Assembly (NCBI GenBank): GCA_026025795.1 | Contig: JAPEUG010000153.1 | Span: 1-35,720 of the forward strand | Length of the DNA: 35,720 nucleotides | Reading direction: 5' to 3' | Source: Thelocarpon superellum | Taxonomy: Eukaryota | Part shown: positions 1 through 10,917 of the stretch, piece by piece | How positions within the stretch are numbered: the first letter of the stretch is position 1 | Layout of the letters: every line of letters starts with the position of its first letter | Translations under genes and position numbers: made by a program | The notes under the pieces: model-generated | Seen by the model: only the letters and a program-made list of their open reading frames with translations | What the model was told of the DNA's origin: nothing | The model's database searches: none

Positions 1-3000
1 AGAAGATACAGTTGCCGGATGATGGTGTGGCCGACGAGCTCCCAAGATATTGATGGACGGTGGAGGCTCTAAATGAGGCCGACAAAGCCGCTGGATCGCG
101 AGATATGAAGAGGAAGAAGGTGCAGCGAAGACGGCCGGGGCGCGCTCGCATCGTCTAACGCCACCTCCACGAGGATTGACACGACTCAAGACGGTTCAGG
201 ACAACGTCAGCGGCGCCCAAAGGACCAAGCACATGTTCGGACAGATCTTCATGACATCGCCGGAGATCGTGTCACAAAGACTCGGACGGGGGTCATGGAC
301 TACACGGAAAAGGAAAGAGAAAACTCCAGGTTGTGCAACATAAAGGAACCACAAGACAGAGGGGGAATGAGCCCGGGGAATGCTCGAAACAACAGGTGTC
401 GGAGAAGGTCGCAATGAGAATAGTACGATGTGGGACATTTCGGGAGCGCGCAGACGTAATGAGGAAGGATGGCACGGCACGACTATTGTAGTCGGCTTGC
501 TACCTACAGTCCCCACAGCACCAGATGTAGATGGCGAGCGGATTCTTTGACGAGATAAACTGGCTAGTGGGTACGAACGTGGGGAGGGGACAATGGCTGG
601 GCGAGCAGCTTATTCCGAGCGCTTCTGTTTCTACTCTCCACTTGATTCATTAGTGGTCATCCCCCGGTTCTTGTCACCGTGTCCGCGAATCAAAATTCCA
701 CGGAGATTTCCATGAGTTTAAGTCCGAGATAGGATGTCGTCGGCGTGGTGGGTACTTATCGGTCTGACGGACGCACCTTGACCTCGTTATTGCCCCTGGG
801 TGACTAGCACCCTCGAAGTGAAATGTCGCTGTCCGAATGATGAAATCCTGAACTTCCTCGCTGCGGTTGGTAGGTCATTTTCCATCCTGGTTACCACGTT
901 GCGCCTGCTTCGCTAGCTTCAAGGGGACCGGCCAAGACCTGGCGAGGAACAGGCTTTATCGGATGTGGAGAAGCTACTACTACGTAAGCTTCGAGGATAC
1001 TGTGATGGTGGCGCAGGTCGAAGCGAACGGGAAGACTCTGGATCATTGGCCCGGGCAGAAGCTCATGGGGTGGGCCCGGGTGCTACCCCGGTCGCATGGC
1101 CCTATTCAGGACCTCCAGCCTCGCATCCGGGAATCAGTCGCGCAGGTCCGTAATCAGGGAGAGCGAGTCCACCTCAACACCAGTCTTACAATACCGGCCT
1201 CAGATGGTTGCCGACAAGGCCAGGGCCCGTATCCGAGGATAGTCGCTTCCTGATGGCTTCCGTTGCCCGGCCCGCCCGTGAGGGGATGACACGATATCGG
1301 CTGCCACTACTCGTGCCGGCTAACTAGAGCGCATGCGAGGTGTACGAGTAGTGGGAGGCGTCGTTGGGGTGCGGATAGGTACTGAGTACGAGGGTACTCC
1401 ATGTACTGATTCCACCGCGCCGACACTCGCGCCTGGATGTGGCTTCCAGCTATCTAGCGACGTAGGCGGACGTACAGGTACCCTGCTTGGACATACTTGA
1501 AGTAGCCCAGCGACCAAGGGTCGGCTCAGACGGTTGGCAAACGACCGGATCACGAGCAAAGGGAGTAAGTACGGGAGTACGAGGTAGCATCTTGCCTTGG
1601 GATTGCCCAGGACCGACCTCGTCACTTTCCTGGTGCAAAGTATTTTCTACATCGGACTTATCGTGGGTGGACGAGTACTCGTACCGTCGCGACGGTATTC
1701 CGACAGATGTCACCGCGCGGCGGCAAAGGTTGACGGATGCAAGATCGAGGACGGGCGGAAGCGTCGCTGCACGTTTTTGATGCATCGCGCTGCTGTGGGT
1801 GGCAGGAATGCCAAGCGTGGGTTCGCGACCCCTTGGAGAGGAAAATGGTTTGGGGTCGGGCGACGGCGGCAGACCCCTGGTCCTGCAGTCGGCGCGCCCC
1901 ACCGGCCATCGGGTTCGGCCTCGCTGGGATCGAAGCGAAACGGCCTGCACGCTGGTGTGCGCTGGCCGACTCATGGGCCGCCCGTTTAGCGACCAGCGCA
2001 GAAGGTGCGACTGACCATGCCGCCTGCACGCTTGGGAGGAACAAAGACCGTAGCTGCGGCGCCGAGGCCGTGTTGAGGATGAGTTGTACTCCTGCGCGTT
2101 CTCGTGCGTGTGCTTGCACGCAGGGCGATTCGACGTCGTTCTTCGTCCGTCGGGACCGATCCAGGTAGGTACCAGAATGCTTTGCCGAGATCCAGGTCCA
2201 GCAAAGTCCCCCGTTTGCTCTCCTCGTAAATGCGGCGAGACTGATGTCTGGGCTTACCGCCGCGGCAAGCCCAGGTACGCAAGGGGCGTGTTTCGGTCGG
2301 TCGCGCAACGGTCGGTAACGCAGGGCAAGGGAACACAAGGGCGCTGGACGTTGCACTTTTTGTCCATGTCCATTTCCCTTCTGGCCCTTCGTACAACGAG
2401 GTGTGCTGATCGGGAGTGGAGAAGATGGGAAGAACGTGCTTGGCTGGCGCGGATCCGCCGTAGGAGTACTTGGACCGATGTAGGAGTACCGTCGGTACGG
2501 GTGGCGTCAATTCGGTCTTCTCCGTAGTTCAAAGCAGGAGCTTGGTAGTGTCATGAATAGTGGCCGACGGAGGACTCCACGGCGGGACAGGGTCGTGGTG
2601 TGTTAGTGCACCTGCATTGGCACCAAGGCCAAGCTCCACGCCTCGACATGAACCAGGCCCCAGTAGTGGGGTGGCGACGAGAGCATGGAACGAGTACGAG
2701 TGCTGTGGAAGCGATGAACGGGGCGGGGGAGAGGGGGGTGGAAGCAGGGCCCACGCACGAGCGCACGAGTAGGCAAACTCACAGGCCAGCCGGCAGAGAG
2801 CAGAGGACCAACCAGCTGTCGCGGCCGGGAGCGTCGACCATGACCCAGTCCGGCGCGGCCAAAGGCAGCTAAGGTTAGACGGGACCCGCTAAACGAGGTC
2901 CATCCAGCGGACGCCTGCAGGTGGGCGGACCTATCGACGGGCGTGTATCATGGTAGAGCAGTGCACGAGGGACGAGCACGCACGCCCCCTGCACCCGTTC

Positions 3001-3275
3001 GCCCTGACTCCTGACTCGCTATTCCCCGGCTCAACCGAGAGCCACTCGACCCGACAGGCACGGTGCGTCAAGCCTCCATTCGCTCGCCGCCCAAAGACGC
3101 CCGTCGCAATCCCGACCTCGTAAGTGTCAAGCTGCCACGGGACGGCTGGACGTTTGCTCCACCAAAAAGAATCTCCTCTTGGTCCATTCCATATCTTCAT
3201 CGACGTCGTCAGATCGCATCCTGGATCCATCTGACCTTTGACCGTGGTCATCGTGGAGGACGCACTCGGGGTGAG

Positions 3276-3348
3276 GTGAGCAGACCGTGGATGAGAGAAC
3301 GCTCCCGCGGCCCGGATCGACGCCGGACTAACTCCTCCATGCGACCAG
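3276..3348 (+). other. Putative 5'-UTR intron of the 3719 gene
   Basis: GTGAGC donor at 3276, CTAAC branch site 3328-3332, CAG acceptor 3346-3348; 73 nt. An alternative donor, GTAAGT, lies at 3120. Confidence 0.5.
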
Positions 3349-3718
3349 ATCGTGAAGGCCTCGATTCACCACCTCCTGCTCCTCCCTTTCTCCTGCTGCC
3401 ATCGCCCATTCTCCTTCCCGGAGACCGTGGTACCATGCCCGTTGAATGCGTGTGAGCGGTTCAGATTGACCTTCGCACCGGTCGCCGGGCGGGACCATTG
3501 CGCCCGAAGCGCTTGGAGGGATAGGGGCGCGCAACACCTTCCCACCACTCCGTCCGAGATCAAGATTCCCCACCCACCCCGCCCCGATCGTTCACCAAAC
3601 CATTGCCAATCTCCCTGCGTCGCTCCTTGGCTCCTCTTGCAGAGATTCGACGAGATTACATCCGCAGAGCCGACTCGTTCCTGGTCGCCCCACTTGCCCG
3701 TCGCCGTCTCTCTACGGC

Positions 3719-6700
3719 ATGCCCGTCGCCAGCATGCACCGGACATCGAGACCGGAGGGGCTGGAACTGTCGTCGCCGCCGCTGAGTCGCAGTCAGAGCG
3801 TGTCGAGCGACCGGCCTGGGACCGCGAGGCTGCCTTCGCTGCTGACCCCACCTGCTTCCACCAGTCTTAACCCGGCCTACATTGCCGCCTCGGCGGCGTC
3901 ACAGATCGTCACCACCGACCATGACGCCCAAGCCTACGGCTGGTTCACCGAAGAGGGTATCGCGCCCTCGGGCGAGACGGCACTGGTCAGCGCCAACTCT
4001 CTGAAGCTCGTCAACTCCTTCCTCGACCAGCTGCTGTTCAACTTCCTCAGCGTCGCCCGTTCCACCTCGCTCACCGTCCTACGGCCCGCGGTGTACGAGG
4101 TCTTGAAGCCGACCCTCGCCAAGGAGGCCATCGCTGGCGCCGACCAGGAGCTCGGGGAGTATCTCGGGAGCGGGGACGACGAAGAGCTCCTCGGCCCGCA
4201 GGAGGGCCTCGAGGTACCCGGCGAGTGGGACGTCGAGGTTGCGTGGAAGCAAACCCGCTTGCGATGCATGGTCTATTCATCGCTAGGCGATGTTGAGGAG
4301 GAGGATGAAGACACCTACCTGGAACAGGAGCAGCTCAATTCGCCCGACGCCGCCAATGGCCGCTTTCCCGATCACCCCTTCATCATCTCACCCGCCGTGG
4401 CCATCTTCTTGACTTCCATCTTGGAATTCATCGGCGAGCAGACTCTGATCGTCGCGGGGCAGGCGGCCTACCAGCGACTGCGCTCACGACGACGCGACAG
4501 CGACGCCGCCCGCTCCGCGAATGACATTGCCGAGCGCGTGGTGGTGGAAGAGCTGGATACGGAGAAGGTGGCCTTGAATGCGACCTTGGGCCGGCTGTGG
4601 CGCACGTGGCGGAAGCGACTACGATCGCCGAACCCGGCATCGTCGCGGCCGCTCTCGCGCGACTCTCCCTTTCGGCGATACTACCAACATAGCATCGCAA
4701 GCTCCAGTCGACGGAGCAGTTTCGACGGCGTGGAGAGCCACACCACGGTGCCAGAACATTCGCGCACCATCTCCCTGGCTGAGGTGCTCGAGGAAGATGT
4801 GGCCGCCTTCATCCCGCTCCCCATGACCAATTATGATGTTGAGGAGATTGAGGTTCCCGGTCTTGCCTACCTGGATCCGGCCTTGGTTGAACAGTCCCGT
4901 GCTGGCGCGGCAAATCTCACGGGACGGCCACGCAGTCTCATCCTGTTTCCATGGGCCTCCGAACCATCGATCGCTCCCGAGTCCGCCGAGGTAAAAGCTG
5001 AGGCCGAGGATACGGCTGCGACGCCGACGGACACGCACCCGGGCACGAAGTCGGAGACACAACCAGCGGCCGAAGCGGAAGGGCAAGCAGTGACCGAAGC
5101 AGATGCGGCAGGGGAGGTGGCAATGGAGGAGGAGGAGGAGGTGGCAGGGGCTGACGCAGAGACGACACCCGAGACTGCTCCCGACACGCAGACAACTCCT
5201 ACCGCCAGCACCCCGGCGAGGTCTCGACCACGTGCACGATCCCTGCCGACCCCGCCTCGCTCCCTTCTTTCTTCGGTGGTGGACGAGATGGCGGAGCACT
5301 CCAACTTTGTCACACCGATGCAGACGCCCAACCACAAGGCCGATCCCATGCGATCCACCGATGGCCAGCCGCGCAGTCCATCCGACCCTAACGGGGACGT
5401 ACCGGAACAGGTCGCGCTTGCGTCGGACCCCCGGCAGGTGGATGGGAGTCCGAGAGATGGCAAAGCGGTTCCCCCTGCTACTTCCCGCGCTTCTAAAGTA
5501 GATCAGTTGATCGACCGCTATCAACAAAAGGCGCCGCAGCCGCGTCCGACCCCTGCGGACGTTGGCGCGGAAGCTGCCGGCCAGCGGCAGCGAGGCACGT
5601 CCGATGCCCAGGACGCCCCCTTCTACGAGAGCGCGTCGGAGAATGCGGATGAAGAAGGAGATGACCCTGCCGCAATTGGGGTTGCGCGCACGTCAAACAA
5701 ATCCGTCCCCGCCGTGATGTATAGCCCCCCCCTGAGCGTGGGAGCGGAGCGTCAACGTTCAATGCTCATGGGAGGCAGTGGATCGGACGAGGGTCCCCCG
5801 CGGCCCGCCGATTCCTCTCAGGTGGCCATGGAGCCTGCGTCGCACCGCCGCATCTCCAGCACCGATTCCCATCGGTCCACCTCTCGCGATGTGTCAAAGG
5901 GGGTTGCCCCGACGGCTTCTACCGCCTCACCCGGGCCACCTCCGCTGGCTCCGCTCCGCGAGCTGATGGAGTCGGCCGTCGACACTTCGGACGAATCGTC
6001 CTCCGTAACGCCCAGTCAGCGGTCGGCGACGACGAAGCCCCAAGCCGGGCCTGAGGCACAGTCGGCCACCGAAGCCGCCCCTGGATCACGGGTGTCGCAT
6101 GTGCGGCAATGGTCTAACGCCAGCCGGTCATCAGAGCGCTGGCAGGCGCCTCCGGTCGCCAGCCTGAGCCCGCCCACGGAGCGAGCGACAGTACAGCGCG
6201 TGTATTCACCAACGGTCATGGCGCCTCGAGAGCCCACCACGCTGCCCCGCCGGTCCGAGAGCTTTGGCAAGAGCCATCAATCGCTCTACTCTTCCGGGCC
6301 GAGTACGTCGCCAGTGACGACGAAAGTCAAGATCTTGGGCATACGGAACGAGACAGAACCGGTGACATCGACCGCACGATCCTCAGAGGAGAGCCGAAGC
6401 ATCAAGAGTGACCACCGTTTTTCCGCCGCGGCGGTAAAGCCCGGCGACCGTGGCAAGAGCTTTGAGAAATTGATGCAAAGTGATGAGACGATGAAATACA
6501 CCCTCACCCCACAGAGCATGCGGGAGATGGACGTGGGTCATCCTCGCTCTCGTGGATGGATTCGATCGCTGACTTGGACACAGACGCCAGAGTCGCCCCG
6601 ATACGGACAGGTCGCCACGCCCACTGCGGACCTAGCCGACTTCATCCGGAACACGGGGCCGCCAGAAGCCGCGGCCCCCGTGCGGACGCCGTCGCAACGA

Positions 6701-8059
6701 TCCAAGCTTGCATCGAACCCGCTCAACGTGCTCCGTTCCCATTCCACTCAGTCCAATCAGACGAGCCGTCTGAGCCCGTCGACGACGAACTCGTCGATGG
6801 GCAGCTCGAAACGACTCATCCCGGTCTCTTCACCGGCTCCGTCGTCCTTCCAGTCGACCGTGACGAGATTTCGTCCAGGAGCACCGATCGCGCGTGAAGC
6901 GCGCATTGAACGCTCTTCGATTCGCGACTTTGCCGACTTCATCCGCTCCACGGGCCCAACCGAGGAGGCGAAGCAAGCGGCGGCACAACCTGCCGGGGCT
7001 TCGTCAGCGCTTGGAGCCGGCCCCGGCCCCAAACGCGGCGTCCTGTCCAAATCCGCGTCGACTCCCCAAGCCTTGGGCGGGACGCGGGTTGACTCGTTGG
7101 AGGCATCCCGAGCCAAGACGCGTCTTCGCGCGCGTGACGCCGCCGTGCGACAGTCCAACAACGATCTCATCGACTTCATCCGGCAAGGACCGCCCAGCGA
7201 GGCCCACGGCAGCAATGGGCTCACGACCACGGCGCCGCGTGCCGGCGGGGTAGGCTCGGCGCTTGGCGCTAGCCGGGGCGCACGTATGATGGCGTCGTCG
7301 TCGAGTCTCCAGAACGGATCCTTGAACTCTCAGGCGCAGTCTCTGACGTCGTCGACCAACTCACAGTCGGCGCTGTTGGACAAGAGCCCGCAGCCAGCGC
7401 GAAAGCAGCGGCGTGTCAAGGACCCCTATGCGATTGACATGGACGATGAGGACGAGGACGATGATTTATCGTCGACGCCCAAGCCCAGACGGGATGAAGA
7501 GAGCCTGATGGATTTCCTGAAGAGCGTGGCCCCGGCCAGTGCACCCGCTACGACGTCAGTGTTCCACGACGTCGCGAAACCGAGCGTCAAGGCTCCAACC
7601 AGCACGACGAGCACGCCTCGAGCGACGATGGGCGCATCAAAATCCATCGAGAGCTCGAAACCGCTGCCCGCACACCCACCGGAGCCAGCTGGACGAGTGG
7701 GGAATGGGGTACCGCAGCTCTCCCTGGGCAGCAACAGTCCCCTCTTCAGCGGCAGCGGCAGCGGAGGCCTCGGGGTGAACGCCTCGGGCGCCAAAGCGCA
7801 GACCAATGGGCAGTCCCGGCCTGGCCAAGTGCGGATACCCCCGGGGGCCGTCCGCTCCACACCGCGCCCCACACCAGGCGTCGCACGCGAAGGCCGAAGC
7901 GACATCGGGTCATCACGCGATCTCGCGGCATTCTTGCGGTCCTCGGGCCCGCCTGAACCTCCTCCACCCACTCAACCCTTTGCTCCGGTCACCGTCAAGG
8001 AGGAACCCGGCGGCTTTGCCAAGATCTTCCGCAAGAAGAAGACGGCGCGCGTTGCGTAG
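3719..8059 (+). CDS. Large uncharacterised protein: N-terminal tandem histone-fold (H2B-like + H2A-like), long Ser/Pro/Thr-rich disordered region, five C-terminal D-F-[IL]-R-x-x-G-P repeats
   Basis: 1446-codon ORF. Probable in-frame intron 6533-6583 (GTGGGT...GCTGAC...CAG, 51 nt) gives ~1429 aa. Segment 'VSANSLKLVNSFLDQLLFNFL...RPAVYEVLKPTLAKEAIAGA' resembles H2B and 'PAVAIFLTSILEFIGEQTLIVAGQAA' resembles H2A. The start could be ATG 3719 or 3734. Confidence 0.88.
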   Translation: MPVASMHRTSRPEGLELSSPPLSRSQSVSSDRPGTARLPSLLTPPASTSLNPAYIAASAASQIVTTDHDAQAYGWFTEEGIAPSGETALVSANSLKLVNSFLDQLLFNFLSVARSTSLTVLRPAVYEVLKPTLAKEAIAGADQELGEYLGSGDDEELLGPQEGLEVPGEWDVEVAWKQTRLRCMVYSSLGDVEEEDEDTYLEQEQLNSPDAANGRFPDHPFIISPAVAIFLTSILEFIGEQTLIVAGQAAYQRLRSRRRDSDAARSANDIAERVVVEELDTEKVALNATLGRLWRTWRKRLRSPNPASSRPLSRDSPFRRYYQHSIASSSRRSSFDGVESHTTVPEHSRTISLAEVLEEDVAAFIPLPMTNYDVEEIEVPGLAYLDPALVEQSRAGAANLTGRPRSLILFPWASEPSIAPESAEVKAEAEDTAATPTDTHPGTKSETQPAAEAEGQAVTEADAAGEVAMEEEEEVAGADAETTPETAPDTQTTPTASTPARSRPRARSLPTPPRSLLSSVVDEMAEHSNFVTPMQTPNHKADPMRSTDGQPRSPSDPNGDVPEQVALASDPRQVDGSPRDGKAVPPATSRASKVDQLIDRYQQKAPQPRPTPADVGAEAAGQRQRGTSDAQDAPFYESASENADEEGDDPAAIGVARTSNKSVPAVMYSPPLSVGAERQRSMLMGGSGSDEGPPRPADSSQVAMEPASHRRISSTDSHRSTSRDVSKGVAPTASTASPGPPPLAPLRELMESAVDTSDESSSVTPSQRSATTKPQAGPEAQSATEAAPGSRVSHVRQWSNASRSSERWQAPPVASLSPPTERATVQRVYSPTVMAPREPTTLPRRSESFGKSHQSLYSSGPSTSPVTTKVKILGIRNETEPVTSTARSSEESRSIKSDHRFSAAAVKPGDRGKSFEKLMQSDETMKYTLTPQSMREMDVGHPRSRGWIRSLTWTQTPESPRYGQVATPTADLADFIRNTGPPEAAAPVRTPSQRSKLASNPLNVLRSHSTQSNQTSRLSPSTTNSSMGSSKRLIPVSSPAPSSFQSTVTRFRPGAPIAREARIERSSIRDFADFIRSTGPTEEAKQAAAQPAGASSALGAGPGPKRGVLSKSASTPQALGGTRVDSLEASRAKTRLRARDAAVRQSNNDLIDFIRQGPPSEAHGSNGLTTTAPRAGGVGSALGASRGARMMASSSSLQNGSLNSQAQSLTSSTNSQSALLDKSPQPARKQRRVKDPYAIDMDDEDEDDDLSSTPKPRRDEESLMDFLKSVAPASAPATTSVFHDVAKPSVKAPTSTTSTPRATMGASKSIESSKPLPAHPPEPAGRVGNGVPQLSLGSNSPLFSGSGSGGLGVNASGAKAQTNGQSRPGQVRIPPGAVRSTPRPTPGVAREGRSDIGSSRDLAAFLRSSGPPEPPPPTQPFAPVTVKEEPGGFAKIFRKKKTARVA

Positions 8060-9034
8060 TTGCACCCTTATGACCCTACAACCCCGTGTTTTACTTGGCT
8101 TACCTTGACCGTGTTCTGCCTGATTTACCAGGCAGCGCGAGCGATGTCGGATTTTCTCCATCTCCTCTCCGTCTCCATCTCACCTTTGCAATCTCGTTTT
8201 ACTGCTCCTGTCCAGCTCAGTACCCCGTCTGCCCGTCTCCCCGTCCCTTCCTCGTTTTGGCGTCAGCACGAACGAAGAGCGAACAGCGAACAGCGCATCC
8301 ATGAGACCAGAGCAGAGCGCGTAGGAACCAGGAACCCTCTTCGTCTTCGATCCAAACAAAAACCTCTCGTCCTGCGTCGATGTCGATGTGGAAGTCGATG
8401 GTGCAGTAGGATGATTGGATTTCTCTCTTTACACTCCCCTTCGGTTTCCCTTCACGGTCCCTTTCCAATTCCAATATCCAGTCGGATTTCCATGTGCTGT
8501 CCTCGCCGTCTGCTCTTCTCCTCGAGCAATCTTCTTCATGTACCTACGCACCCCTTCTATTACCAATGTTACCTACGTTACGTACTCTTGAAAGCGGAGG
8601 GCATCATGTACACCCGTAGCTTCGCTGCACATACTGGTCCGAGGAAAGCTGGCAACAGTAGGCCTGATTCTCTGTCTGTCAATCATTCGGAACCTTAGTA
8701 CGCTGATCCCTCCACTGAAGCGGAGTGTCTGTGTGTGCCTATTGCGTGGGACCTGTGTGCCTGCGCATTCCGCCTACCACCGCACACACGTGAAACTCGC
8801 TGGATAAAATAACGAGGGTGAAACAGGTGACCAGAGACTGGGCATGCCTTGGATATGAGTGTGCACAGGCATGAGGGTGTGCGGAGGTGTATGGGTGTCC
8901 GAAAGGAATGAACGGCCCGAGCCCGAATGGGCGTATGGGAAAAGGGGAGGGCAGCGTCCAAATGTTGCGCCGCCAAGGACATGACCAGACCAGACTCAAG
9001 AAAGGGAAAAGCAACGACACTCGTCCTCATATCG

Positions 9035-9694
9035 CTATCGATCTTCCGGCGGGCCGGAGAACCAGTTCACTCGAAGGCGATGGCTCTGCATGGATTGAAT
9101 TAGCGAGAGAGGTGGCAAGGCATGTCCCCCGGCCGACTCACCGAAGGCAGCTTGGGGATGACGACGCCCAAGACGGCCAAAAAGTTGATCATGAAATACG
9201 TAATGTCGTAATGGGTGTAGTGAGTGCTGAGCAGAAAGAGCACGATGGGTACGCTCAACAGGAACTTCTTGGCCGGCGTGTATTGGTCCCCGTTGTCGAT
9301 TTGCTCCCACATGTTGAGGTTGTCGTAGGCGCCAGCATTGAACTCGAAGGGCACGCCGCGGACGTAGTGGAACATCAGGTAGGAGCCGAACATGTAGCTG
9401 ATGTTGGTGAGGGTCCATGACGTCTCTTGTGAGATGCCCGGGATGATATCGAACAGGATCTTCAAGACGATGATGAGCACCACGTGGATTGTCCAGGCAC
9501 CTAGGCAAGACATCAGTTTGGTGACGAGAGGACCATGGACGAGAAGACGTCCAGTGCATACCTTTTGAGTTGACCCAGTCTGCGTTGAGGTTAGGCAGAG
9601 CCGACTGGTCGCTGATATGTTCGATCGACTCGGGCGGCTCGGTGTAGATCAAGCTACTTGACCGTCTCCGCCGACCTTTTTTGTCATCGAGCAT
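9035..9694 (-). CDS. orm1: ORMDL/Orm1 family negative regulator of serine palmitoyltransferase
   Basis: Exons 9694-9562, 9500-9142, 9085-9035, with GT-AG introns of 61 and 56 nt. Translation MLDDKKGRRRRSSS...PNLNADWVNSKGAWTIHV...FHYVRGVPFEFNAGAYDNLNMWEQIDNGDQYTPAKKFL...IPKLPSSHRLR carries the classic ORMDL motifs and the N-terminal RRRRSSS Ypk1-type phosphosite. Confidence 0.97.
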   Translation of the reverse strand: MLDDKKGRRRRSSSLIYTEPPESIEHISDQSALPNLNADWVNSKGMHWTSSRPWSSRHQTDVLPRCLDNPRGAHHRLEDPVRYHPGHLTRDVMDPHQHQLHVRLLPDVPLRPRRALRVQCWRLRQPQHVGANRQRGPIHAGQEVPVERTHRALSAQHSLHPLRHYVFHDQLFGRLGRRHPQAAFGESAGGHALPPLSLIQSMQSHRLRVNWFSGPPEDR

Positions 9695-10460
9695 CGTCGA
9701 GGCTGAGGCGGGTGGTGGCGGATTGGTACCGGCAGCAAAGGACAGGGACCGGGGAGGCAGATGAGAAGACAGTTTGGCGGTGATGGCGCGTTGGGTTGCT
9801 GGTGTGTGATGAGCAAGAGGAAGGCTAACGACGGGCAGCGAGAGAAGGAGGATGGCCCTTGATCGAGTGACGCGCCGCGAGTCTCCGCGTTGTGGAGTCA
9901 CCGGGTCAAGGTGTACCTGAGGATGTGGGGAGATAGCAATAACAAGCTGATACCCTTGATCAGCGCCATCACTTTCGATCTGGAGGTGCATCAGCGCAGA
10001 TGGGCCATACGTACAGTGGGATGGGGATGCACGTGTGCAAGCCGCGGATACGGATCACGCCGGGGCAGAAGGGTAGTTTCAACGAATGGACGGCAGTCAG
10101 CGCCACGTAATGGTGCTGTGTGGACGTTCAGTCCCGACAGGGTCGATACGAGGATTCCTGGGTGGAGCTCGGTCGACCAGCACGTGGAGTCACACACCCA
10201 GCGGACGCGGCGAGGGCCAAGATACCTATGTTTGGCCGGTGGAGGACGCGCTAAGGGTGCTAAGAATGATGACTGACTGGTGAGGGCATTGGAAACGTGG
10301 AGGTGGCGGGCATGATCCGAGGCCGCGAGACACTCAGCCCTGAGCACGGATGATGACGACGGCGGTTGTGGTCGTGCCACGGTCGTCCCTTGCTGATCTT
10401 GGTGCACGGCGAAGACGACGGCGAACGGCAGGCAGTCGCAGCTGATCGTCCAAGCTTTCT

Positions 10461-10591
10461 CGCCTTTGCGCCTTTGCGCCTTCGCGCCCTCGCACCCTCG
10501 CGCTTTCTCGCCTGTTCGCCTGTTCGCCGGCTCGCTAGCTGCTGCCTCGCCTTTTCCCTTGGCTGGTGGCCAGTGGCCAGTGGCCAGTGGC
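10461..10591. repeat. Short degenerate tandem repeats in the orm1/air divergent intergenic region
   Basis: ~8-mer array CGCCTTTG CGCCTTTG CGCCTTCG CGCCCTCG...CGCCTGTT CGCCTGTT (10461-10528) and (GTGGCCA)x3.7 at 10566-10591. Confidence 0.8.
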
Positions 10592-10892
10592 TTAAGGCTC
10601 AATGATGGCTCGCCGAGTGGCTCGCTCGCTACCTAGACCGACCCCAAGGCTAGCATACCAATTGACCCCAACATGTGCTCGGCCGCCAGGCCAAACCAGG
10701 TCATGCCCGACCATCCCATGCAGGGTGGCGATGAGAGACACCGGTCCGAATCTTTGGTCGCACCGCACCGCCGTCTCGTCGTGGCTGTTTGCAGCGTAGA
10801 GTCCTATCAGCGGCAGTCTATCTCACCTCATGACAACTCGTACGGCATGACGGGACGGAGCAGCAATACCATAATTGTAGCCTACCGCATTT

Positions 10893-10917
10893 CGTTGAGC
10901 TCGACGTTGAGCTCGAC
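10893..10917. repeat. 12-bp tandem duplication CGTTGAGCTCGA x2
   Basis: Exact duplication seen directly; each unit contains the palindrome GAGCTC. Confidence 0.8.

Noticed and set aside
196..3600. Many 60-230 aa ORFs on both strands in the first 3.6 kb
   Set aside because: No recognisable motifs; Arg/Pro/Ala/Cys-rich composition typical of chance ORFs in GC-rich DNA; no consistent exon chain found.
4619..5527. 302-aa antisense ORF, and similar shadows over orm1, wetA, nce102, snf1, the GT gene and MED1
   Set aside because: Antisense or off-frame shadows of real GC3-rich genes.
9695..9991. 99-codon in-frame upstream extension of Orm1 shown in the ORF track
   Set aside because: Looks like pyrimidine-rich 5'-UTR sequence; ORMDL homology begins at ATG 9694, which has a good start context.
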